DNA of 64,000 bases, taken from contig CAVQUB010000011.1 in assembly GCA_963716725.1 (NCBI GenBank), forward strand, positions 448,001 to 512,000. The letters are read 5' to 3'. This stretch comes from an uncultured delta proteobacterium. GTDB lineage: Bacteria > Myxococcota_A > Polyangia > Polyangiales > Polyangiaceae. Shown here one piece after another: positions 21,169-30,269 of the stretch. Every line of letters begins with the position of its first letter. Position 1 is the stretch's first letter. Below the pieces are notes generated by a model that saw only the letters and a program-made list of their open reading frames with translations, was not told the DNA's origin and ran no database searches. The position numbers and the translations under genes were made by a program.

Positions 21169-22335
21169 TCATTTGATATGCTGATACGCGCCGCAGGGCA
21201 GCTTGGTCCCGGCCACGACCACGCCGAAGGGGCCGTAGATCTCCGAGGGCTGGCGCGAGGCCAGGAGCTTGCCGGCCGCGTCGAACTTGTACACGTCGGC
21301 AGGCTTGCTGCCGCTCCCGTCTTCGTAGTCGGCGGTGTAGACGTTCCCGGCGTCATCGACGGTGACCGGGACGGCCCAAAAGAGCCCCGGATCGGAGATG
21401 GCGGCAATCTCGACGTAGGGTGACGTCGACTTCACGCGGCGCACGCCGCCCTGCGACGCAACCAGGAACGAGTCCGTGCCCACGAACTGCAATCCCTCGG
21501 CGAAACCCTGAATCGGGATGGTGTCGAGCACTCCGAGCGAGGTCTTGTCCACCTTGTAGACCTGACTGCTGTTCGAGTTCTGGCTGGCGATGTACAGGTT
21601 CGAGTCAGGGTCGCAGGTGATGCCCGTGAGCGACCCGGTCGGGATGGTGAAGGTCTTCACGAACTTGTAGTTCTCGTCATACTTGTGGACCTCGTTGGTC
21701 CCGCCCGTCGCGGTGGTCGAGTAGATGTTGCCGAGCTTGTCGAAGATCAGGTTCTCGGTCGCTTCGGTCTTCACCTTTGGATGACAGGCGAACTCCACCC
21801 CCGGCTTCGAAAAGACGCAGAACTGCGACACTCCCGCCACCACGAGGTTGCCGTTCTTGTCGAAGGCCATGCCCGCCGGTCCCACGGCGTGGGACTGTCC
21901 TGGCGCCGGCAGCTCCGTCCCGAAGCTCAGATGCGTCCACGACGTGACCGTCAGCAGCTGCGCGTCGAGCTCGTACACCCGCGCGTTTCTCGAGCCCGCG
22001 ACGAACACGTGCCCCAGCGTGAAGGGCGACGGCGGCGAGCCACCCGTACCGAGCCCCCCGCTGCCGCCGGTGGCCCCGCCGCTGCCGCCGGTGGCCCCGC
22101 CGCTGCCGCCGGTGGCCCCGCCGCTGCCGCCGGTGGCTCCGCCGCTGCCGCCGGTCGCTCCGCCGCTGCCGCCGGTGGCTCCGCCGCTGCCGCCGGTGGC
22201 TCCGCCGCTGCCGCCGGTGCAGCCCGCGCAAGCCTCCGATGAATCGTCGTCGCCGCAAGCGGTCAGCGAGAGCGCAAGCGCGCCGGCCAACGTTGCAACA
22301 ACCCAGCTGGAAAGGCCCTGCGAGTGCTTCGACAT
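21169..22335 (-). CDS. Lipoprotein with GGSGGAT repeat linker and NHL/SMP-30-like beta-propeller
   Basis: Lipobox LTAC; repeated blades GMAFDKNGNL, IFDKLGNIY, ITCDPDSNLY, VTVDDAGNVY. Confidence 0.75.
   Translation of the reverse strand: MSKHSQGLSSWVVATLAGALALSLTACGDDDSSEACAGCTGGSGGATGGSGGATGGSGGATGGSGGATGGSGGATGGSGGATGGSGGATGGSGGLGTGGSPPSPFTLGHVFVAGSRNARVYELDAQLLTVTSWTHLSFGTELPAPGQSHAVGPAGMAFDKNGNLVVAGVSQFCVFSKPGVEFACHPKVKTEATENLIFDKLGNIYSTTATGGTNEVHKYDENYKFVKTFTIPTGSLTGITCDPDSNLYIASQNSNSSQVYKVDKTSLGVLDTIPIQGFAEGLQFVGTDSFLVASQGGVRRVKSTSPYVEIAAISDPGLFWAVPVTVDDAGNVYTADYEDGSGSKPADVYKFDAAGKLLASRQPSEIYGPFGVVVAGTKLPCGAYQHIK
22058..22219. repeat. 21-bp coding tandem repeat, 7 full copies plus a partial copy (GGSGGAT linker)
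   Basis: Unit ccgctgccgccggtggc(c/t)ccg read directly from the sequence. Confidence 0.95.
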
Positions 22336-22385
22336 ATTGAGCGTCAAGTTAGCAGCTCCTTCCCTGGAAGTCCGAGATCGACAGC

Positions 22386-24335
22386 TCAGCCGTCGTCCTC
22401 TGCCAAAACGATCAGTCGGTCGCCTTGCTTGGGCGCGATGGTCGCGTGGCGGAGTTGGTGCGGGTTGAGGCGGATGCCGTAGCGCTGCGCCGGGTCGGTG
22501 ACGTGGATCTGCACGCCAAACGCCACCTCGCCGCGGGCCTTGGCCGCGAGCATCAGGTATTCGAATGTGGTCGGGTGACCCGGCGGCACGTAGAGCGCGA
22601 GGTCTTTCAGGTAGATTTCGCTGCCCTCGGACTGGAACAGATCCTCGAGCACGGGCCGCACCCGCGGCTCGTGGGTCACCTGCGCCAGGACCATGCTGAC
22701 CATCTCGTTGCTGATGACGATGTCGTTGATCTCGGTGGTCGCTGCGAGATCACGGTTGCGCGGGTCGAGGATCTCGCTGCACACCTCTTGACCGTGCACG
22801 CCGGCACGGTGCCTGAAGTCGCGAAGCAAGAGCAGGGCGATGATGGCGCGGGTGTCCGCCGCTTCGCTCTCGTCCATGCCGTGCGCGTCGGAAGCGTCTC
22901 CGAGCACCATGACCGTGGGGTAACGCTCTGAGCGGACCTGCTCGAGCACGTGACGATTGGTGAAATCGCCCACCAGGTGGGTCAGGCCAATCTGCAGCTG
23001 TCCGCATTTGTCGGCGATCTCACGCTCGCGGTCGTCGAGGGACACCGAGTTGATCAAGGTCACGGTGGACCCCGGCCCCACGTAGGAGTCGAACTCCTTG
23101 AGGATGGGGAAGAGCTTCTCGTTGTACCCGAGCACGAGCAGGTGCTCCACTGGCTTGTCGGTGCCAGGCGGTGACGGGATCCCGATCTGATCGAGGCGGA
23201 GAGGGCCTGGGTAGGGCTGCCACTTGATGTGGTCGTCCTCGGCGACCAGGAGCAACTCCTCGTCCGGGCCGATGACGTGGTCGGAAGGGGGGTTGAGCTG
23301 GTGCGAAGAGCCGTCCGCCTTGCCGACGCCGACCAGGCAAGCGTTGGGGAATTCGAGCACGAGATCTCCGAAGCGCCTCCCGATGGCCTGCGGGAACCGC
23401 GCGTAGTGGATCTCGTTGCCCTCGAAGCGGAAGAGCTCGTCGTAGATCAAGCTCAGACCGCTGATGCGCGAAGTCTGCAGGATGATCTTGGAAATCATGT
23501 CGTTGGTGTTGATCACCTGCGCCCGCCCGCGGCTGGCGATCAGCGCGATGTCGCGGCTCGCGGACATCATCACCTCGGCGGTGATCTTGGTCCGATCGAT
23601 CCGCCCGCGTCCGTCGGGGTGATTGTAGAGGGCCATCAGCGTCTTGATCACGCGCCCATCGGCCCGATGCGGTTGATCCCGCTGGGCGTCGTCCAGCAGC
23701 ACGACGATGGAATTCGCGCGCTCGAAGCTGACCTTGGCCAAATCGTTCAGCGCGACGGAGCTGCCCGACCGGACCACGATCTTGACGCGCTTCGGATGCT
23801 GCACCTTGTCGCGCAGCGCCTCCTCCATCTCGACCTTGTCTTGCTCGGCCATCACCACCACGACGATGCGGCCCTTCTCGATGTTGGCCTCCGAGAGCTG
23901 GTCGATCACGCTGAAGACCTTCTCGGACCAGCCGAGAACCAGGAAGTGGTCGTGCTCGATGACGGGCGAGATGCCGCGCCGAATTGCTTCCAGGCGCTCC
24001 TGAAAATTGCCAGCCAGGGACGAGATGAGCAGGCCCGCAACGACCACACCGGCGACGGTCGCTGCGGTGGAAACCAAGCGATTGGGATTGCCCGCGTCGC
24101 TGCCCATCGTTCCGGGATCGATCAGCCGGGTGAAGTAGAACCACCCGCGATCGAGCAGGCTGCCCTCGGCGAGTTCGACGCCGGCAGCTCCTCCCACGAG
24201 CGAGAGCAGGGCGAAGCCGACGACCATCAGCATGGTCAGCGCAAACAAGAAGAACAGCTGCTTGCCGGCGCCGCCGCTCAGGAACTCTTCCCAGCGGTAG
24301 CGAAGCCGCGCACGAAGTCCCCGCTCGACCGCCAT
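22386..24335 (-). CDS. CASTOR/POLLUX(DMI1)-related cation channel with RCK domains
   Basis: RLRYRWEEFL, TM-pore(IDPGTMG)-TM, VIEHDHFLVLGWS, GLSLIYDELFRFEGNEI, ADTRAIIALL, LFQSEGSEIYLK; RBS GAGGAG. Confidence 0.85.
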   Translation of the reverse strand: MAVERGLRARLRYRWEEFLSGGAGKQLFFLFALTMLMVVGFALLSLVGGAAGVELAEGSLLDRGWFYFTRLIDPGTMGSDAGNPNRLVSTAATVAGVVVAGLLISSLAGNFQERLEAIRRGISPVIEHDHFLVLGWSEKVFSVIDQLSEANIEKGRIVVVVMAEQDKVEMEEALRDKVQHPKRVKIVVRSGSSVALNDLAKVSFERANSIVVLLDDAQRDQPHRADGRVIKTLMALYNHPDGRGRIDRTKITAEVMMSASRDIALIASRGRAQVINTNDMISKIILQTSRISGLSLIYDELFRFEGNEIHYARFPQAIGRRFGDLVLEFPNACLVGVGKADGSSHQLNPPSDHVIGPDEELLLVAEDDHIKWQPYPGPLRLDQIGIPSPPGTDKPVEHLLVLGYNEKLFPILKEFDSYVGPGSTVTLINSVSLDDREREIADKCGQLQIGLTHLVGDFTNRHVLEQVRSERYPTVMVLGDASDAHGMDESEAADTRAIIALLLLRDFRHRAGVHGQEVCSEILDPRNRDLAATTEINDIVISNEMVSMVLAQVTHEPRVRPVLEDLFQSEGSEIYLKDLALYVPPGHPTTFEYLMLAAKARGEVAFGVQIHVTDPAQRYGIRLNPHQLRHATIAPKQGDRLIVLAEDDG

Positions 24336-24464
24336 CTCTCCTCGCTCGAAGCCTTTTCGTGGAGGCACCGAGCGTCAACCTGGAATCGAGAGTGCGAAGG
24401 ATGATTGCGCCGCGTTCCGGGCCTCTGCTTGTAAGTCGCGTCGGGCCGCAGTAACGGTGCGCGC

Positions 24465-27083
24465 GTGAGCGATCCGGAATCCGAGCCGAAGGCCCCAGCC
24501 ACAGCCACGCCGGAGCCCCCAGCCGACGCCGCGCCCGAGCCCGCACTCGCACTCGCACTCGCACCCGCACCCGCACCCGCACCCGCGACCCCGACCGCAC
24601 CCGCGACCCCGACCCCGCCCGCGACCCCGACCGCGACCGCGACCCCGCCCGCGACCCCGACCCCGCCCGCGACCCCGCCCGCGACCCCGCCCGCGACCCC
24701 GCCCGCGACCCCGACCCCGCCCGCGACCCCGACCCCGCCCGCGACCCCGACCCCGACCGCGACCCCGACCCCGCCCGCGACCCCGCCCGCACTCGCACCC
24801 GAGCCCGCACCCGCGACCGCACTCGCACCCGAGCCCGCACCCGCGACCGCACTCGCACCCGCACCCGCGACCGCACTCGCACCCGAGCCCGCACCCGCAC
24901 TCGCACCCGAGCCCGCACCCGCGACCCCGACCGCACCCGCGACCCCGCCCGCACCCGCGACCCCGCCCGCGACCGCGACCCCGCCCGCGACCCCGCCCGC
25001 ACTCGCACCCGAGCCCGCACCCGCGACCGCACTCGCACCCGAGCCCGCACCCGCGACCGCACTCGCGACCGCGACCCCGCCCGCGACCGCGACCGCGACC
25101 CCACCCGCGACCCCGCCCGCACCCGACTCCTCCGACGCGCCCGCCCCGAGCTCCCGACGCTCCAAGCCCACCGCTCCCCCGCCCGCCAGTCGCACCGCGC
25201 CGCCGAGCCGCCATGATCCTGGGCACGGCGGACACGGAAAGCTGGGGCCATTGGCCCTCGGGGCCCTCGGGGTGGTCTACGGGGACATCGGCACCAGCCC
25301 GCTCTACGCGTTCCGCGAGTGCTTCCACGGCGACCACGCCATCGCCGCCACGCGGGGCAATGTGCTGGGCGTGCTGTCGCTCATGGCCTGGGCGCTGTTC
25401 ATCGTCGTCACCGTCAAATATCTCGTGTACGTGCTGCGCGCCGATAACCGCGGCGAAGGCGGCGAGCTCGCGCTCATGGCCCTCGCGCTGTCGAGCATCA
25501 AGGGCAAGGTCGGGCCGAAGATCGTGATCGCGCTCGGGATCTTCGGGGCTGCCCTCTTGTACGGCGACGGAATGATCACCCCAGCCATTTCGGTTCTGAG
25601 CGCCGTGGAGGGGCTCGAGGTGGCGGCGCCCGGACTCAAGCGCTTCGTGATCCCGACCACCATCGTGATCTTGATCGGCCTGTTCAGCGTGCAGAGCCGC
25701 GGCACCGCCGGAATAGGCGCGGTCTTCGGTCCAATCATGGTGGTTTGGTTCACGGTGCTCGCGGTGATTGGCGCAACGCACGTGATCGCCCACCCCAGCG
25801 TGCTTCAAGCGCTGAGCCCGCACCACGCCGTGCGCTTCTTGATCGAGAACAAGCTCGCTGGGTTCTTGGTGCTCGGCGCGGTCTTCCTCGTGGTCACCGG
25901 TGGCGAGGCGCTTTACGCCGACATGGGGCACTTCGGCCGGCGCCCGATTCAGGTGACGTGGCTCTTCATGGTCGGGCCCGCGCTGCTCACGAATTACTTC
26001 GGGCAGGGCGCGCTCTTGATCGATCACCCCGAGTTCGCCTCGAATCCGTTCTTCCGCTCGGCGCCGGCGTGGTCCCTGTATCCGATGCTGGTGCTGGCCA
26101 CGATGGCGACCATCATCGCGTCGCAGGCGGTGATCTCCGGCGCATTCTCGTACACGCGCCAGGGCATGATGCTCGGCTTCTGGCCGCGCATCGAGGTGAA
26201 GCACACGTCGTCCACCCAGATCGGCCAGATCTACGTGCCGCTGGTCAATTGGGTGCTCATGGTCGCGACCATCGCGTTGGTCCTGGGCTTCGGCTCGTCG
26301 TCGAAGCTCGCGGCGGCCTACGGCATCGCTGTCACGACCACGATGGTGATCACGACGCTCCTGGCCTACGTCGTCGCGCGACACCGCTGGGGATGGAGCG
26401 CCGTTGGCGCCGTCAGCCTCACTCTCGTCTTGCTGGTGGTCGACGTCGGGTTTTGGGGAGCGCAGCTGGTGAAGATCCCCCACGGGGGCTGGTTCCCCCT
26501 GGTGATTGCCGGCTCGATCTTCTTGCTGATGGTCACCTGGAAGGACGGACGCGCTCTCCTGGGGCGACGCATGCGAGAGCAGATGATCCCGCTCACGGAT
26601 TTCTTCGAGCTGATGCGTATCGAACGTCCGGCACGGGTCCCGGGCACCGCGGTGTTCATGACCAGCAACGCCGACGGCGCGCCGCCGGCGCTGATGCAGA
26701 ACTTCGCGCACAACCGAGTCGTGCACCAACAGGTGATCCTGCTCACCGTGCTCACCACCGAGGAACCTCGCGTCATGCCCGATCGACGCGTCTCGGTCGA
26801 AGAGCTGCCCGAGGGATTCCGGCGTGTTGTCGCGCGCTACGGCTTCATGGAGCAACCCGACATTCCCCGCTTGCTCGACGAGCGCCACCTCGAAGATTGG
26901 TCCATCGAGCACACGACCTTCTTCCTCGGCCGCGAGACGCTGCTCGCGACCAAGCGGGAGGGCATGGCCATCTGGCGCGAGCGCCTCTTCGCCTTCATGA
27001 GCCGGAACTCCCAACGCGCCTCGACCTTCTTCAACGTGCCCTCGGATCGGGTGATGGAAGTCGGCTCGCAGATCGAGCTGTAG
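24465..27083 (+). CDS. kup: KUP/HAK/KT potassium transporter with long Pro/Ala/Thr-rich N-terminal extension
   Basis: GVVYGDIGTSPLY, RADNRGEGG, GDGMITPAISVLSAVEG, TGGEALYADMGHFG, GQIYVP, AAAYGIAV, YGFMEQP, FFLGRE. Confidence 0.95.
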   Translation: MSDPESEPKAPATATPEPPADAAPEPALALALAPAPAPAPATPTAPATPTPPATPTATATPPATPTPPATPPATPPATPPATPTPPATPTPPATPTPTATPTPPATPPALAPEPAPATALAPEPAPATALAPAPATALAPEPAPALAPEPAPATPTAPATPPAPATPPATATPPATPPALAPEPAPATALAPEPAPATALATATPPATATATPPATPPAPDSSDAPAPSSRRSKPTAPPPASRTAPPSRHDPGHGGHGKLGPLALGALGVVYGDIGTSPLYAFRECFHGDHAIAATRGNVLGVLSLMAWALFIVVTVKYLVYVLRADNRGEGGELALMALALSSIKGKVGPKIVIALGIFGAALLYGDGMITPAISVLSAVEGLEVAAPGLKRFVIPTTIVILIGLFSVQSRGTAGIGAVFGPIMVVWFTVLAVIGATHVIAHPSVLQALSPHHAVRFLIENKLAGFLVLGAVFLVVTGGEALYADMGHFGRRPIQVTWLFMVGPALLTNYFGQGALLIDHPEFASNPFFRSAPAWSLYPMLVLATMATIIASQAVISGAFSYTRQGMMLGFWPRIEVKHTSSTQIGQIYVPLVNWVLMVATIALVLGFGSSSKLAAAYGIAVTTTMVITTLLAYVVARHRWGWSAVGAVSLTLVLLVVDVGFWGAQLVKIPHGGWFPLVIAGSIFLLMVTWKDGRALLGRRMREQMIPLTDFFELMRIERPARVPGTAVFMTSNADGAPPALMQNFAHNRVVHQQVILLTVLTTEEPRVMPDRRVSVEELPEGFRRVVARYGFMEQPDIPRLLDERHLEDWSIEHTTFFLGRETLLATKREGMAIWRERLFAFMSRNSQRASTFFNVPSDRVMEVGSQIEL
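24535..25127. repeat. Low-complexity 6-nt-periodic repeat tract inside the 5' end of kup
   Basis: Mosaic of cccgca/cccgcg/accccg/ctcgca units encoding (PAT/PPAT/ALAPEPAP)n. Confidence 0.9.
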
Positions 27084-27169
27084 ACCGGACGAAATCTTTC
27101 ATCGGCGCGGAGCGTAAGAGGAACTACGGCGTGGCCGTTGGGGTCTCGTCGAAACGCTGAGGTGAGCGA

Positions 27170-27718
27170 ATGATGCGTCGAGCTTTGGGCACAATCGCGG
27201 CAGTTCTGGTGGCGCTTCCCCTCGCGGCGGAATCCAAGCCAGTCCAGCAGGCACGACCCGCACCCACCGCCCAGGTGGCCCAACCGACTCGCCCTGCGGC
27301 GGCAGTGAAGCCCCGCGTCGCCGTCGGCCGCTCCGTCGAGGTGAGCTGGGGTGGGCAATGGTGGGCAGCCGAAGTCCTCGAGTCCCGCTCGGGCATCCGC
27401 CGAATCCACTACACGGGCTGGGGCGCCGAGTGGGACGAGTGGGTGGGCCCGGATCGAGTCCGCGCCGCCACGGCCGCGGCCCCGGTGGTTCCGCTGAAGG
27501 CCGCCCGCGTCGGGCAGCGTATCGACGTGGAGTGGCACGGCAGCTGGTGGCCCGCCGAAGTCGTGTCGATGAAGAACGGCTTCTACAAGATCCACTACGC
27601 CGGTTGGGACACCGAGTGGGACGAGTGGGTGGAGCTCCCGCGCATGCGCGCCCCAGCGTCGACACCCGGGCGAGCCCCAGGAAAAACCCAGCAGATCGTG
27701 GGTGGCGCGACGTTCTGA
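27170..27718 (+). CDS. Exported protein with two tandem Tudor-knot/Agenet-like domains
   Basis: Signal peptide, then twice VEVxWxGxWWxAEV...IHYxGWxxEWDEWV. Confidence 0.8.
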   Translation: MMRRALGTIAAVLVALPLAAESKPVQQARPAPTAQVAQPTRPAAAVKPRVAVGRSVEVSWGGQWWAAEVLESRSGIRRIHYTGWGAEWDEWVGPDRVRAATAAAPVVPLKAARVGQRIDVEWHGSWWPAEVVSMKNGFYKIHYAGWDTEWDEWVELPRMRAPASTPGRAPGKTQQIVGGATF

Positions 27719-27719
27719 G

Positions 27720-28505
27720 TCACTGGTCGATGACTTTGAGTCCCTTGTCTCTCAGCGGCTGGATCACGCTGAGATCGCTCGGAGGCGTGCCAGCAACATA
27801 GAGAAACTTCAGGGTCTTGATGTCCTTGAGGGGACTGTAGTCCTTCACGAGGGTGCGCTGGATGCTGAGCCGTTCGAGCTTCTTGTGACCTTCGAGCGCA
27901 CGCAGGTCCCGCACTTGGGTGTCGTCCAGCGCAAGCTCGGTGAGGTTCTTGAGCCCCTTGAGCGGCATGATGTCCGTGACCTGGGTCCGCCCCAGATCGA
28001 TGCGGTCGAGCTTCACGAGCTTCTCGAGCGGTGTCAGGTCGTTCACCTTGCTGATGCTCGCGCGCAGCGACTCGAGCTGCGTCATGCCGGAGAGCAGCGA
28101 GAGGTCGTCGAGATCTCCCGGCCCGAGGAACAGCTCTTTGAGGTTCTTCGCGTGGGGAATGATGCACGGATCGAGCTGGTGCATCTCGACCTGCGAGAGG
28201 TTCAGGCTCTTGAGCTTGCCAAGATCGGCGATGGTGATGGTGCCGTCGGCCTTGGCGAGCTTCTTGCGCACCTCCGCCTCGACGGCCTTGTCGTCGAAGA
28301 CGACCGCAGGGCCCTTGGGGCAGTCGGCGGCGCTCTTCTTGGGGCGCGGTTTCTTGGCTTCTTTCGGCGGCGCGGCGCTGGGCGCGGGCGGCGGCGTGGG
28401 CTTGGCGGCCGTCGCGGACGCGGTCGATGCCGTCGGTTTCTGCTCTTCTTCGCAGGCCGAGAGCACGACGAGAGCGGTCAATACCAGGCAGAATCGCTTC
28501 GACAT
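27720..28505 (-). CDS. Leucine-rich repeat (internalin-like) lipoprotein
   Basis: Lipobox LSAC; 22-aa LRRs (DLTPLEKLVKLDRIDLGRTQVT). Confidence 0.85.
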   Translation of the reverse strand: MSKRFCLVLTALVVLSACEEEQKPTASTASATAAKPTPPPAPSAAPPKEAKKPRPKKSAADCPKGPAVVFDDKAVEAEVRKKLAKADGTITIADLGKLKSLNLSQVEMHQLDPCIIPHAKNLKELFLGPGDLDDLSLLSGMTQLESLRASISKVNDLTPLEKLVKLDRIDLGRTQVTDIMPLKGLKNLTELALDDTQVRDLRALEGHKKLERLSIQRTLVKDYSPLKDIKTLKFLYVAGTPPSDLSVIQPLRDKGLKVIDQ

Positions 28506-28543
28506 CGGGGGCAGGCTACTCCAAAATCGCGCGGCCTGGCAGG

Positions 28544-30262
28544 TCACCGATACGCGCCCCGCCGGCACAGCGCTTCGGTGAGCTCGATCAGTTGATCCAT
28601 CGCCCCCAACACGTCGCGCGCGTCCACCGGCAAGTCGAGCATGCAAAGGCTGACCTGGTCGGGTTCGACGGACAGCTGGAGGTTCTTGGCCGCCCACGCC
28701 TTGGTGAGCGTGAGGGCCTCCTTGGGCATGGCTTTGATGGCGCGCTCGGGGATGGGTGTGAGCGTGTGCACGCAGACCTTCACCGCTACCGCTACGGCGC
28801 CTGGTCCCCAGAGCTGCGAGACCTCCACCCGACGTCCGTCAACCTCACCAATGACCGAAGGCCGTGCCAAGAGCAGCTGGCCGTTGACTCTCTCCGCGAT
28901 GGCTCGCCACACGCTGAGGTCGACGCCGGCCGGCGCCGGCAGCGACCGTGCCAGATCGGGAATGCGTCGCGCGATGGCCAGTGCGGCCTCTGCGAGCCCC
29001 AGCAGGGGCTCCGCGGTGAGACCGGCGGCAGCGCGCTGCAGGAGCAGCTCTTCATCGCTGATACGCCGAACCTCGAGCGACTGGACCCAGTGCTCGAGAA
29101 ACCCGACGGCGGCGCGCACCTGAGCCTCGTCGCGCCCGCTGACCCGCGAGCTCTCTCCCAGAGGCACCCCGTCGTCGCGCCAGAGTCGGGAGAGCCCACC
29201 CACCGGCTGGCTCGTCAGCTCGAGTCCCAGACTCGGGTAGCGCACGGCAGCGGCGAGCACCGGTTGCCCCGCGGAGTTCTCGCGCCAAACGGTCACGTCC
29301 GCCGCGCCGACCTTCGCAGTGAGTCGATCGTCCTCGAAGGTCATGCCGGCGCGCTCGGCGACCTCGCCCCAGAGCAGGCGAACCCTCGGGTTGCCCACGG
29401 TCGGCGGCGCGCGCTTCGAGCGAGCCGAGGCGGCAGCGCCCGGCAAGATGTCGATGGGCATCGACATCACCACATCCGCTCCAAGCCGCCGGGTGACGGT
29501 CGCCTCGAGCCCCCACGAGATCCGGAAGGCTTCGTTGGAATAGGTCGGGGGCACGTCCGGGATCCGGAAGTCGAAGGTGATCGGCTCTCCCTCGCGGACG
29601 CGGGACATTGGAAGGTCGATCTGCCAGCTGCCGATCTCTCCGTGCCCCCGCGGAGCAAAGGAGGACTCGTACCCAGCGAGCCGAACCCGAATGCCCGTGT
29701 AGCGGGCCGACGCGACGTTGCTCAGCGCCACCGCTCCACTCAAGATCTCGCCCGGTCGCAGCTGGGTGCTATTGATGCTCACCTCGACGTGGGGCTCGCG
29801 TTCGCGGGGCCCCTCGGGCGCGCTGGAGTAGAGCAGCGGACGCGCTTCGGCCGGCACACTTCGGGGATTGGGCACGACCGAGAGCTCGAACTCGCGGTCC
29901 AGATCGGGCCACCACGGGATCGCGAGCTCGGCCGCTAGCGTGTAAGACACCCGCACGACGCGACCAACGAAGCTGGGGGGCGCATCGCCTGGGATCGAGA
30001 ACCGGACGGGGAAGCGCAGCCGCCCTGCGGCGAGCTCGCGAGGGCCCGAGAGACGCGCAGTCTGGCCGATCCGCGAGCCGACCTCGGTCCAGTCCCGGTA
30101 GTTCACCGCGGCTCGGGTGCGCCCAAGCAGCTTGACGTCGAAGTGCTCGATCTCGAGCGGACGTCGCAGATCGAGGACGAATTCCGCCTCGAACTTCTGA
30201 CCCGCCGGTAGCTGTCGCGGCACGATCACCGCCAGCGTGGGGCGGCGTTTCCAGATCGCCAT
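28544..30262 (-). CDS. Protein with two arrestin-N/SpoOM-like beta-sandwich domains
   Basis: Duplicated motif FPVRFSIPGDAPPSFVG..VSYTL and FDFRIPDVPPTYSN..ISWGL. Confidence 0.6.
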   Translation of the reverse strand: MAIWKRRPTLAVIVPRQLPAGQKFEAEFVLDLRRPLEIEHFDVKLLGRTRAAVNYRDWTEVGSRIGQTARLSGPRELAAGRLRFPVRFSIPGDAPPSFVGRVVRVSYTLAAELAIPWWPDLDREFELSVVPNPRSVPAEARPLLYSSAPEGPREREPHVEVSINSTQLRPGEILSGAVALSNVASARYTGIRVRLAGYESSFAPRGHGEIGSWQIDLPMSRVREGEPITFDFRIPDVPPTYSNEAFRISWGLEATVTRRLGADVVMSMPIDILPGAAASARSKRAPPTVGNPRVRLLWGEVAERAGMTFEDDRLTAKVGAADVTVWRENSAGQPVLAAAVRYPSLGLELTSQPVGGLSRLWRDDGVPLGESSRVSGRDEAQVRAAVGFLEHWVQSLEVRRISDEELLLQRAAAGLTAEPLLGLAEAALAIARRIPDLARSLPAPAGVDLSVWRAIAERVNGQLLLARPSVIGEVDGRRVEVSQLWGPGAVAVAVKVCVHTLTPIPERAIKAMPKEALTLTKAWAAKNLQLSVEPDQVSLCMLDLPVDARDVLGAMDQLIELTEALCRRGAYR

Positions 30263-30269
30263 CGCGGGC

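Noticed and set aside
22058..22219. 21-bp repeats as a CRISPR array
   Set aside because: Head-to-tail with no spacers, encodes a Gly/Ser linker, and no cas genes are present
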